Source of the DNA: Candidatus Sumerlaeaceae bacterium | GTDB taxonomy: Bacteria > Sumerlaeota > Sumerlaeia > Sumerlaeales > Sumerlaeaceae | Direction: 5' to 3' | Length of the DNA: 64,000 nucleotides | NCBI GenBank assembly: GCA_051003195.1 | Contig: JBPCLP010000025.1 | Coordinates: 32,001 to 96,000 of the forward strand | Part shown: positions 1 through 8,391 of the stretch, in pieces | Numbering within the stretch: position 1 is the stretch's first letter | How the letters are laid out: each line of letters begins with the position of its first letter | Translations under genes and position numbers: made by a program | Notes under the pieces: model-generated | Seen by the model: the letters and a program-made list of their open reading frames with translations, nothing else | Told to the model about the DNA's origin: nothing | The model's database searches: none

Positions 1-42
1 GCTACGCCTCAAAGCCGAGCGCGACGCCGCCCTTAAACGCGA

Positions 43-1236
43 TTAATAACTGCGCTGCGCCGGTGGTGGCGTTCCAGCAGCTGGTGTGGGTGTTGCCGGG
101 GGTGCGGTCGGCACGGGTGACGCGCCCGGCAGCGCGCGTGCATCCGCTGCGGGTGGCGGTGTGACACCGTCTGGTGTTTCAATGCGCGGATGAAAACCTA
201 AAAAGAACGGCTCAATCACGGTGTTCGCCGCGGCATCAAACTCCCGAATCGGCGCCTCGGCGCCCGCCACTTTCAGCATGCCGTTTGAATCGAAGACCTG
301 GATGCGGGCGCGGTACCGCGCCGAACCCGCCGCCGGATTCCCCGGGTCCAGCAACCTGGAATAGTTATAGATGTAATCCCGGCCTTTAACTTCCTCATCC
401 TCGACGACAAATCGGCGCTCGGTATTGACCTCCGACTGATTCTGCTCGCCGATCGATTTTGTGAACTGCTGGATGTACTCGGACGGCGACATCTGCCCGG
501 CGCCGCCACCCGCGCTGCTGGTGTTTGGGACAGCCCACACCCGCAGGTCGAGTTTGCCGCGGGGCGACTTTGAAACTGCGCCATCCCCGTTGCGCGCAAT
601 GCGGTAATTCCAGCCGGGCGGAAACTGAACCGTCATTCCAAATTGCTGGTTATGGTAAACCGGCTCGCTGGAATCCACCTCAACAACGGTGCTTGTCGAC
701 GTCGGCGTCGGCGTCGCGACAGGGCCGCCATCCATCGAGATTGCAGTCGAGGCCGGACTTCCAGCGGCGGCGGCCGTCGTGCCCGGCGCGCCAAGTTCCG
801 CATTCAAAGCTGCGAAATCGAGCCCGTTCAACTCCCGCTTGATCTGGCCGCCCTTGTCCAGCACAAGCAGACGCGATTCGCGGCCCTGCAGCAGGTTGCT
901 TCCCCGCACGTGGAATGCCGGCACGTGGAGCTCGCGCTGACGCAGGATCTCAGAGATCACTTCAAACGAAGTATCCTCAGGCCCGATGCTGACGGCGTAC
1001 ACATTGACGCGTGGCCGGTTTGGATCGCGAAACCACTGGTCGAATTTCGTCGTGGCATCCACCGAGTTCGCATCTGCTGCAAAAATCAGCACGGCCGCCG
1101 GATCCTGTTCCAGTTGGGTGATGCGCGCACCCTGCATCGGAACCAGGTCGAGACCAGCGAAGTAGCCCGTTTTTACCACATCGGCAATACAGCTGGCGGC
1201 CACAGTCAGTATCATTCCCAGTATTAGACGTTTCAT
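43..1236 (-). CDS. Secreted hypothetical protein (redoxin-like N-domain without CxxC, PsbP-like C-domain, Pro-rich tail)
   Basis: 397-aa ORF; signal-peptide-like N-terminus MKRLILGMILTVAAS; 'YHNQQFGMTVQFPPGW' resembles the start of PsbP-like domains; Ala/Pro/Thr linkers. Confidence 0.55.
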   Translation of the reverse strand: MKRLILGMILTVAASCIADVVKTGYFAGLDLVPMQGARITQLEQDPAAVLIFAADANSVDATTKFDQWFRDPNRPRVNVYAVSIGPEDTSFEVISEILRQRELHVPAFHVRGSNLLQGRESRLLVLDKGGQIKRELNGLDFAALNAELGAPGTTAAAAGSPASTAISMDGGPVATPTPTSTSTVVEVDSSEPVYHNQQFGMTVQFPPGWNYRIARNGDGAVSKSPRGKLDLRVWAVPNTSSAGGGAGQMSPSEYIQQFTKSIGEQNQSEVNTERRFVVEDEEVKGRDYIYNYSRLLDPGNPAAGSARYRARIQVFDSNGMLKVAGAEAPIREFDAAANTVIEPFFLGFHPRIETPDGVTPPPAADARALPGASPVPTAPPATPTPAAGTPPPAQRSY

Positions 1237-1305
1237 ATCACCAGCTCAATCCGCTTCAAAGGTCATCGCAATGCCTAATTCGCGTATCTGCTTTGGCAAT
1301 GCGCT

Positions 1306-2607
1306 TCATGCGAACGCCAGCTTTTCGTTCATCTGAGGCTGGATCGTGCTCCCGGCCGCAATCTGACTGCCCGGCAAATCCATGGGTCGTGTTCCGGGAA
1401 AGATAAGAACATTTCGTCCGACGCTGGTGCCCGGCGGAAGCAGTACATTTTCGCCAATCACGGTGATGCCGGTGTCCAGCAGGTCGGGGAACTGCTGGTT
1501 CGCGATGTTCTCGTCGCCCGTGCCGATCGCGCACGAACGGTCGAGGGCGGTCGATTTATCCATGATGCACCGGTGGACGTGTGCTTCCTCGCCGATCATA
1601 CAGTTTGGAAAAACGACCGAGTCCGTTACTCGCGCGCCGCGGCTTATCCGGACACCCGGAAACAGTACCGATCGCTCAACCGTGCCCTCGACAACGCAGC
1701 CACGCCCAATGTAGCTGTTACGCACCGTGGCCGAAGCACCTATGGCGGCCGGGAAATAATTCGCCACTTTCGAATCGTAGGTGTTCGTTCGCAGGCCCCA
1801 CGAACGCAGATCCAGCCGCGAAGTCTCCGGTTCCAGCGTTTCCATGTGTGCATGCCAGAAGCTTTCAATGGTGCCTACATCCCGCCAGTAGCCCTCAAAT
1901 ACGTAGCCGAACATCCGGTCCTGCGCCAGCATTGCGGGCAGCACATTCTTCCCGAAATCCTTTTGGCTGTTGGGATCATTTGCGTCCTCTTGCAGGCGTC
2001 GCAAGAGGGTCTGCGCATCGAAAACGTAAATCCCCAGTGAAGCAAGATTGGAGATCGGCTCGACCTTCGGCTTCTCCTGGAAGCGCAGCACGCGACCGTC
2101 CTCGGCCAGTTGCACCAGTCCAAACCGGCTGGTATCTTCCCATGGCACCGGCTGAACCGCCACCGTCACGTCGGCACGGCGCTGCACATGCTGCCGGATC
2201 ATCTCTGCATAGTCCATCTTGTAGATGTGATCGCCCGACAAAACAATCACGAGGTCCGGATCAAAGCGCTGGATAAACTGGCGATTCTGCCAGATCGCGT
2301 CGGCGGTGTTCGCATACCAGTCGCTGTCCTCGTCGCCTTTATACGGCGGCAAAATACGTGCGGTGCGATCGCGGCCCGTGAATCCCCACCACTCCCCCGT
2401 TCCAATATGCTCCGTCAGCGAGTGCGGTTTATACTGCGTCAGCACTCCCACCACTCCGATGTCCGCGTGCATAATGTTGGAAAGTGTGAAGTCGATAATC
2501 CGGTAATTGCCCCCAAAGGGCACTGCGGGCTTGGCACGGCGGTTGGATAGAATCGACAGCCGGGATCCCTGGCCCCCGGCAAGCAGCATGGCGATGGTTG
2601 AAGTCAT
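1306..2607 (-). CDS. glgC: Glucose-1-phosphate adenylyltransferase
   Basis: LLAGGQGSRL, RAKPAVPFGGNYRIIDF, SGDHIYKMDY, FQEKP, DFGKNVLP and GYWRDVGT motifs. Confidence 0.95.
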   Translation of the reverse strand: MTSTIAMLLAGGQGSRLSILSNRRAKPAVPFGGNYRIIDFTLSNIMHADIGVVGVLTQYKPHSLTEHIGTGEWWGFTGRDRTARILPPYKGDEDSDWYANTADAIWQNRQFIQRFDPDLVIVLSGDHIYKMDYAEMIRQHVQRRADVTVAVQPVPWEDTSRFGLVQLAEDGRVLRFQEKPKVEPISNLASLGIYVFDAQTLLRRLQEDANDPNSQKDFGKNVLPAMLAQDRMFGYVFEGYWRDVGTIESFWHAHMETLEPETSRLDLRSWGLRTNTYDSKVANYFPAAIGASATVRNSYIGRGCVVEGTVERSVLFPGVRISRGARVTDSVVFPNCMIGEEAHVHRCIMDKSTALDRSCAIGTGDENIANQQFPDLLDTGITVIGENVLLPPGTSVGRNVLIFPGTRPMDLPGSQIAAGSTIQPQMNEKLAFA

Positions 2608-2702
2608 CTGGAGCAGGTGCCTCGTGCAAAATTGTAAACGCCGGTGCGATTTGCTGCCTGTAGCGTGCCAAACGCAAGCGGGTAAGTCGGGAGCCTGAAA
2701 TC

Positions 2703-2801
2703 AACCACAGAGGCACAGAGACATACAGAGAAACATAGAGAGTAAATTGCAAATGCTTGAACTCTTCGCTTTTCCCTCTGTGTCTCTGAGCCTCTGTGGT
2801 T
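2703..2801. repeat. Intergenic inverted-repeat element built from CACAGAG units
   Basis: AACCACAGAGGCACAGAGACA (2703-2723) pairs with 2781-2801 with 1 mismatch; the first 18 bp recur at 34908-34925. Confidence 0.85.
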
Positions 2802-2925
2802 TAAATCCCTCGCATTGCGGCCAGACAACCTTATGCCATGAGCTTGAATAAACCCGGCTCGCGCTCATAATGCACTCTTCGGTTCAACCTTACCCACGGA
2901 TTTATTTTGGAGGCAGTCGAAGCAC

Positions 2926-3405
2926 ATGTCACGCAGGCGTGAAGCAGTCAAGCGCACCGTCCTACCGGATCAGCAGTTTAACAGCATGCTGATAACCAAG
3001 TTTATTAACTCCCTGATGGAGCGCGGCAAGAAGAGCACCGCCGAGCGGATTTTCTATGTCTCGATGTCCACCGCACAGGCCAAGGTTGGCGAGCCCGCCA
3101 GCGATGGTCTCGCATTCTTTACCCAGGCGCTGGAAAATGTAAAGCCGCTCCTGGAAGTAAAGAGCCGCCGTGTGGGTGGCGCCAACTACCAGGTCCCGGT
3201 CGAAGTGCGTACCGAGCGTCGCACCTCCCTGGCGATCCGCTGGGTTCTGGATGCAGCGCGCAGTCGTGGCGAAAAGACTATGGCGCAGCGCCTCGCCAAC
3301 GAACTGGTCGACGCATTCAACAATACCGGCTCCGCGGTCAAAAAGAAGGAAGACACACACCGCATGGCCGAGGCCAACAAGGCATTCGCCCACTACCGCT
3401 GGTAA
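2926..3405 (+). CDS. rpsG: 30S ribosomal protein S7
   Basis: [26 protein letters not shown] and [23 protein letters not shown] upstream. Confidence 0.98.
   Translation: MSRRREAVKRTVLPDQQFNSMLITKFINSLMERGKKSTAERIFYVSMSTAQAKVGEPASDGLAFFTQALENVKPLLEVKSRRVGGANYQVPVEVRTERRTSLAIRWVLDAARSRGEKTMAQRLANELVDAFNNTGSAVKKKEDTHRMAEANKAFAHYRW
3352..3405 (+). repeat. Direct repeat copy 1 (rpsG 3' end)
   Basis: 54 bp matching 4141-4194 at 51/54; 3361-3404 is identical to 4150-4193. Confidence 0.95.
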
Positions 3406-3425
3406 ATAACTTAACATCTAAATTC

Positions 3426-3461
3426 ACTGCGGCGGAAGAAAACTCTTTCGCCGCAGTTTTT
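3426..3461 (+). terminator. Rho-independent terminator after rpsG
   Basis: ACTGCGGCGGAAGA-AAAC-TCTTTCGCCGCAGT hairpin followed by a T tract. Confidence 0.85.
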
Positions 3462-3499
3462 GTTTATGGAACAGAAACACAGGAAGGAGTAAGACTTCG

Positions 3500-3721
3500 A
3501 TGCATCTACAAGCCATTTTCCTTGATGATAGTCACCTGGAGCTAAACCAGCCTCTTCCCGGCAGCGCGGGCAAGCGCGTAACTATTGAGCTAAACGCAGA
3601 CGTACAGAACGCCACGCATTGTCGTCTTATTTGGCAGCAGGTATATGGCGCTACACATGCAAAAACGGCAAATGAATTAGAGCAACGCATCGCGGAAGTT
3701 CGCGCAGGATGGGATGAGTAG
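3500..3721 (+). CDS. Putative antitoxin
   Basis: 73 aa, AAGGAG RBS, directly upstream of a PIN gene; ends ...VRAGWDE as many VapB-type proteins do. Confidence 0.65.
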   Translation: MHLQAIFLDDSHLELNQPLPGSAGKRVTIELNADVQNATHCRLIWQQVYGATHAKTANELEQRIAEVRAGWDE

Positions 3722-4124
3722 TTGCCCAGGCTTTTTCTCGACTTGCGAGATTATCTACTTCGTTGAAGGGCCAAAAGACAGCCGGATCAGCCTACGAATT
3801 AGCTCCACTGCAACGGGAGCCGATCAGCTTTGCGTTTCTGAACTGTCCGTGCTCGAATGCAAAGTCCTGCCACTTCGCAATTCTGATTATGCATTAGTGC
3901 AGGCTTATGACAAGTTTTTTGCAGACCCGGATCTGGGTTGCCTGGAGGTAAGCCGTGCTGTGCTAAATACTGCGGCTCGGTTGCGAGCTGTGCATGGGCT
4001 AAGGACACCGGACGCTATTCAGGCCGCTTCCGCCATAACACTCGATGCAGATGTATTCCTTACAAACGATGCCAGTTTCAAACGAGTGACTGAGATTGAT
4101 GTCGAACTTGTTGAGCCAGGCTGA
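3714..4124 (+). CDS. vapC: PIN-domain (VapC-like) toxin, N-terminus probably frameshifted
   Basis: [21 protein letters not shown] and FLTND motifs; the first Asp motif (LFLD) lies in a different frame starting at TTG 3722. Confidence 0.8.
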   Translation: MSSCPGFFSTCEIIYFVEGPKDSRISLRISSTATGADQLCVSELSVLECKVLPLRNSDYALVQAYDKFFADPDLGCLEVSRAVLNTAARLRAVHGLRTPDAIQAASAITLDADVFLTNDASFKRVTEIDVELVEPG

Positions 4125-4140
4125 CGTTATAGGAAAGAGA

Positions 4141-4194
4141 GACACCCATCGCATGGCCGAGGCCAACAAGGCATTCGCCCACTACCGCTGGTAG
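4141..4194 (+). repeat. Direct repeat copy 2: orphan rpsG 3' end ([17 protein letters not shown])
   Basis: Matches 3352-3405 with three silent differences (ACA/ACC, CAC/CAT, TAA/TAG). Confidence 0.95.
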
Positions 4195-4246
4195 ACCCGC
4201 CGTTTAGCCGATAGCTTCGTTTAATAACTAAAACTTAAAATGAGAG

Positions 4247-4279
4247 AGAGCGGAGAGAAATCTCCGCTCTTTCTGCTTT
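4247..4279 (+). terminator. Terminator-like hairpin after the orphan rpsG tail
   Basis: AGAGCGGAGA-GAAA-TCTCCGCTCT perfect 10-bp stem followed by TTCTGCTTT. Confidence 0.65.
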
Positions 4280-4406
4280 CCGGCGACCCTTCAGGCGCGA
4301 AAAATGGGGTACTGTAGCCCCGGGCATCGGATTCCAAAAAGCCGGAATCCTGACCTTCGGCTGTGTTGCGCTGCACCTTCGGTGCGAAAAACCTGAAGGC
4401 TGCTGA
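4278..4406. repeat. REP-like palindromic element
   Basis: CCTTCAGG (4288-4295) / CCTGAAGG (4391-4398) inverted pair enclosing hairpins GGATTCC...GGAATCC and GCACC-TTC-GGTGC. Confidence 0.5.
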
Positions 4407-4435
4407 ACTTGAACAGCGTCCATGCTGCGGGCATG

Positions 4436-4466
4436 AAAAAAAACCGGGTGCCTCAAAGGCACCCGG
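4436..4466 (-). terminator. Rho-independent terminator of the pilin-like gene
   Basis: CCGGGTGCCT/AGGCACCCGG stem with A8 on + (U8 on -). Confidence 0.9.
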
Positions 4467-4507
4467 CGTTTACTTCGCGTCGAAATCGACTATCTACATA
4501 TCTACAC

Positions 4508-5233
4508 TTATTTTTGGCTACGGATGGCCGCAATGAGTCCCGCACCGCCGGCATAGGCGCCACTCGATTGTGGATTTCCGACCTGTGTACCGTTGGTGCG
4601 CCAGATGCTGCCACGACTTACGGTTCCATTTGTGGAATCGTAGATCATGTCCAGGCATGCAGGCACAGATGCCGGATCATAGTCGGTAGCCAGCACGCCA
4701 CCCAGGTTGTAATAGTTCCCGTCTGGGCCGCAGGAATGCAGCAACCAGGCTTTGCCCTTGCTGGTTGGAGGGGTTGTTCCGGAAAAACTGGCTCGATTAA
4801 TTTCGTCCCACGAGACGTAAATGTAGGAGTTTTGCTTTGCAGCCGCATCTCCCGGCGGAACTAATGTGGGCTGGGCTAGAGCCTGCATACCAGCCGCATT
4901 ACTTGCGGAGAATCGCCCGGTGATCTTAAATACATCTTTCACAAGTGCACTGGAAATGTACGCCACTGGTGTGGAGAGTCGTTCAAGAATTGTATTTTCT
5001 GCAGGCTCGGTATCTTGTTTTAACGCAATCCCGAATGAATGACATGGAGGAACGGCGTTGTGGTCAACCTGGTAAGCGGTGATCGCAGTGTCTTCGGTCC
5101 GCAGATCGTTCTTAACCCGGCTGACTTTGGCTCGTACTTGTGCCTCCAGAAAGTTTGGAACCGCGATTGCGGCTAGAATTGCGATGATGGCTACCACGAT
5201 GAGCAACTCGATGAGTGTAAAAGCTTTATTCAA
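4508..5233 (-). CDS. Prepilin-type N-terminal cleavage/methylation (GspG-like) protein
   Basis: KAFTLIELLIVVAIIAILAAIAVPNFLEAQ; C-terminal YDSTNGTVSRG; TTG start at 5233 chosen for the AGAGGTG RBS. Confidence 0.85.
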   Translation of the reverse strand: MNKAFTLIELLIVVAIIAILAAIAVPNFLEAQVRAKVSRVKNDLRTEDTAITAYQVDHNAVPPCHSFGIALKQDTEPAENTILERLSTPVAYISSALVKDVFKITGRFSASNAAGMQALAQPTLVPPGDAAAKQNSYIYVSWDEINRASFSGTTPPTSKGKAWLLHSCGPDGNYYNLGGVLATDYDPASVPACLDMIYDSTNGTVSRGSIWRTNGTQVGNPQSSGAYAGGAGLIAAIRSQK

Positions 5234-5500
5234 AAGGGTTTCACCTCTTTTCATATGAAGTTTTCCCCGCGCGAGGGAAAGATTAAAGCTTGTGCATTTG
5301 AGGAAGACTCTTTGCAACGGAAAACGTGGGTGGTTTTACCGAAATGTCGGCGACGCCCAAAATACGAGCCGCAGTGGCGTCATGCAGACCGTGGACCATT
5401 GACACTGAAGGAGCTTCCTGAGACGAGTTCGCATCGCTACCCTTCTACACCTTCTGCTTGCCAAACCCTCTCGGCGACTGTTTCTTCGCAGTCTTTTCCT

Positions 5501-6400
5501 ATGTTCTATCAGCCACGCACGATTGAGGAGGCTCTCAGCCTGAAGCGCCAGCTTGGGCCCGATGCGGCCTTCCTGGCCGGCGGCACGGATGTGATTGTCC
5601 TGATGAACCATGGCCGGCTGGTAGCCAAAGCGACCATCGACTTGACGCATGTGACAGGATTTGACCGGCTCCAGGTTTCAGGCGTGGACGGGCAGGGTTC
5701 CAGCGTCACCCTGGATGGCGGCGTTACGTTCGCGCAGCTTGCCAGGCTGCCAGTGAAGTGCCTTGCGGAGGCCTCCCTGGGGGTGGGAGGTCCGCAGATT
5801 CGCAACCGCGGCACCATCGCGGGCAACGTGGCGACCGCGTCGCCGGCGGGCGATGGCAGCACCGCACTGCTGGCACTTGACGCGGTGCTCGAACTGCGCA
5901 ACTCCGACACCTCGCGAAAGGTGCCGCTACGCGACTTCTTCCTGGATTACCGTAAGACTGCGCTCGCCCCGGATGAGATGATCACGGCGGTGGAGTTTCC
6001 CGGGAAGTGGCGCACCGCCTGGCAGAAACTTGGCAAGCGTGGCGCCATGAACATCTCGATGGTGTGCTGCGCAGTGGGGGTGTCACCGGAGGGAATGTTT
6101 CGCGTGGCGTTTGGCAGCGTTGGACCCTATCCGTTGCGCGCGCCAAACACGGAGGAGTTTTTGAGTGCAAAACTTGAGGAGCAGAACGGCAGAGGATCAG
6201 CGCTTGCAGACTCCCAGACCCTTGTCCTTCTTTCCGAAACCGTGATCGCGGAGGCCGAGCGGATGGCGAGCCACGAGGTACGGCCCATTGACGATTTCCG
6301 CGCAAGCGCAGCATACAGGCGCGCCATGTCCGGCGCACTTCTGAAAAAATGCCTGCGTGATCTTGGCGGCAAACCCGAGCCCGTGAAGTTTAGCGGATAG
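5501..6400 (+). CDS. Xanthine/CO dehydrogenase family FAD-binding subunit
   Basis: YQPRTIEEAL, LAGGTD, QIRNRGTIAGNVATASPAGD and PIDDFRASAAYRR; start taken at ATG 5501. Confidence 0.9.
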   Translation: MFYQPRTIEEALSLKRQLGPDAAFLAGGTDVIVLMNHGRLVAKATIDLTHVTGFDRLQVSGVDGQGSSVTLDGGVTFAQLARLPVKCLAEASLGVGGPQIRNRGTIAGNVATASPAGDGSTALLALDAVLELRNSDTSRKVPLRDFFLDYRKTALAPDEMITAVEFPGKWRTAWQKLGKRGAMNISMVCCAVGVSPEGMFRVAFGSVGPYPLRAPNTEEFLSAKLEEQNGRGSALADSQTLVLLSETVIAEAERMASHEVRPIDDFRASAAYRRAMSGALLKKCLRDLGGKPEPVKFSG

Positions 6401-6446
6401 AAAATCCAATTTAAAATTCAAAATTCAAAATGTCTGAACCCGCTCC

Positions 6447-6621
6447 CCTACCCCCTACCCACTACCCACTACCCACTACCCACTACCCACTACCCACTAC
6501 CCACTACCCACTACCCACTACCCACTACCCACTAACCACTAACCACTAACCACTAACCACTAACCACTAACCACTAACCACTAACCACTAACCACTAACC
6601 ACTAACCACTAACCACTAACC
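6447..6621. repeat. Heptamer tandem array (CCTACCC)2(ACTACCC)10(ACTAACC)13
   Basis: Counted directly: 25 units, 175 bp; CTGAACCC occurs on both sides (6434-6441, 6630-6637). Confidence 0.95.
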
Positions 6622-6636
6622 ACTACTCCCTGAACC

Positions 6637-7983
6637 CTAGTAAATCAGGAACTGCTTCCGCTCTTCGATAAACCGCTCGCGGGCGGGTTTCCAGCCGGCA
6701 ATGATTTCCTCAGCGGTTTTGCCGGATGCGATCGCAGCGCGAATGGTACCGTCGCCCATCACTTTATCGAACATCTTCGCGCGCGACTTCCCCACCTTCG
6801 TTCGGTCGTCGATCTTCAGGATGTTTTCTTTCGGGTAAAGCCGGTGAACAGCCTCAATGATGTGCATCCCGCTATCGACCGGTCGCACCGCGTCGTAGTC
6901 CGTGATCAGCGCCTGCACGCCGCCGCATCGCTTGTCTTTGTAAGTGCCGTAATACGGCTTATAATAAACCGGGCGGAAGTAGAGTCCGGGAAGTTTGCGC
7001 CGGTTGAGTTCGTTGGCGAAGGTAATGCTGTCGATCCATGGCGCGCCGATGTACTCGAACGGGGCAGGATAACCGACGCCCTCGTTCACGCTGTGCAATT
7101 CGCCGACGGTACCCGTCAGCGCAATGTGCCAGCACGTCTCAGGCTTCTGCATGTGCGTGGAGGTGGGGACCCATGGCAGTCCCGTGTCCCACCATTTCAT
7201 GGTGCGCTTCCAGCCCTGCATCGGAATCACGTGCAGCTCGCAACCGATCTTCAGGTTTTCGTTCATCCACTGTGCGGCCTCGCCGGGGGTCATGCCGTAA
7301 AGGTACGCGACAGGCGCCCAGCCCACAAGGCTGATGAGCTTTGGATCGAGAATGTTGCCGTCTACCAGGTCGCCCATCGGGTTTGGGCGGTCGAGTACCA
7401 GGAATGGAATGCCGCGCTCTTTGGCCGCTTCCATGCACATGCTCATCGTGCCCACGTAAGTATAGCTGCGGTTGCCGATGTCCTGGATGTCGTAGATCAG
7501 GACGTCGACGTTCTCCAGCTGTTTCATGTTTGGTTTGCGGATCGGCTTCTTGTTCTTGTCCTCGCCATGCAGGCTGAACACTTGAACCCCGGTGACCGGG
7601 TCCTTCACATTCTTAACGGCTTCGCCTGCCGTCTCAGCACCCCGGATGCCATGCTCGGGCGCGAACAGCGCGGTGAGCTGCCAGTCCGGGCTGCCGGCCA
7701 GCTTGTCGATGGTCGAAATGAACTTCGAGTCCATGCCCGTCGGGTTCGTGATGAGCGCAGTGCGCTTGCCCTTGATGAGCGAGGTGTATTTCGAGTCTTC
7801 GAAAAGCATCTCGTCGCCGAGCTTGACCTTCACTTTTGGCAGATCGGGCGGGTACAGGTTCGTCGGTTTCGACATGCGGTAAGTCTCCGTGGAGGTGGAG
7901 GTAGGCGCAGTCGTCTGCGCGGTGATGCGCATACAGCTGGCGCATGTAATTGCGATTAAGTAAAAGTGTATCTGGATTCTCAA
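6637..7983 (-). CDS. namZ: Exo-beta-N-acetylmuramidase NamZ family (DUF1343)
   Basis: LITNPTG, LFAPEHGIRG, YDIQDIGNRSYTY, VLDRPNP and YGMTPGE motifs; signal-peptide-like N-terminus. Confidence 0.88.
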   Translation of the reverse strand: MRIQIHFYLIAITCASCMRITAQTTAPTSTSTETYRMSKPTNLYPPDLPKVKVKLGDEMLFEDSKYTSLIKGKRTALITNPTGMDSKFISTIDKLAGSPDWQLTALFAPEHGIRGAETAGEAVKNVKDPVTGVQVFSLHGEDKNKKPIRKPNMKQLENVDVLIYDIQDIGNRSYTYVGTMSMCMEAAKERGIPFLVLDRPNPMGDLVDGNILDPKLISLVGWAPVAYLYGMTPGEAAQWMNENLKIGCELHVIPMQGWKRTMKWWDTGLPWVPTSTHMQKPETCWHIALTGTVGELHSVNEGVGYPAPFEYIGAPWIDSITFANELNRRKLPGLYFRPVYYKPYYGTYKDKRCGGVQALITDYDAVRPVDSGMHIIEAVHRLYPKENILKIDDRTKVGKSRAKMFDKVMGDGTIRAAIASGKTAEEIIAGWKPARERFIEERKQFLIY

Positions 7984-8129
7984 GGGCCCATCCCGGAAGA
8001 GAATGAGTACGTCAGTGCTGATTGCTGTGAATTAAAGTCGCACTGCACCTTGGCAACGCAAATTTCCGTGAGGCCTACGTGGCTGTTAAAACCGTTTACT
8101 GCGGCTCGCGCGCGTTTGCGAGGGACGTC

Positions 8130-8270
8130 AGCCCAGGCTAAAGCCTGTACTCCGAACGGGGCTGTACTGCGAACGGCTGTACTGCGAACGGGGCGATTCT
8201 CGGTTGGTTGCGTTAGCCCAGGCTAAAGCCTGTACTCCGAACGGGGGTGTACTCCGAACGGGGCTGTACT
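8130..8270. repeat. REP-like cluster
   Basis: 32-bp AGCCCAGGCTAAAGCCTGTACTCCGAACGGGG at 8130 and 8215 (palindromic core CAGGCT-AA-AGCCTG); five TGTACT(C/G)CGAACGG subunits in total. Confidence 0.85.
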
Positions 8271-8391
8271 ATTAACAGGCCCTGTCCGTAATGAGAAAAC
8301 ACTTTACACACATGAGCACCAACTGCGCATTCGCCTGCGGCCCTGGAGAGCGGGTCAATTCTTTGCAGTAGCTTGAATGGAGTGGGGCAAA

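Noticed and set aside
6844..7959. Long antisense ORFs here and opposite serA, polA, the ATP-grasp gene and clpX
   Set aside because: Shadow frames of well-supported genes, expected from GC-rich codon bias.
8130..8270. 32-bp repeats as a CRISPR array
   Set aside because: Only two full copies; the intervening DNA is largely partial repeat; no cas genes.
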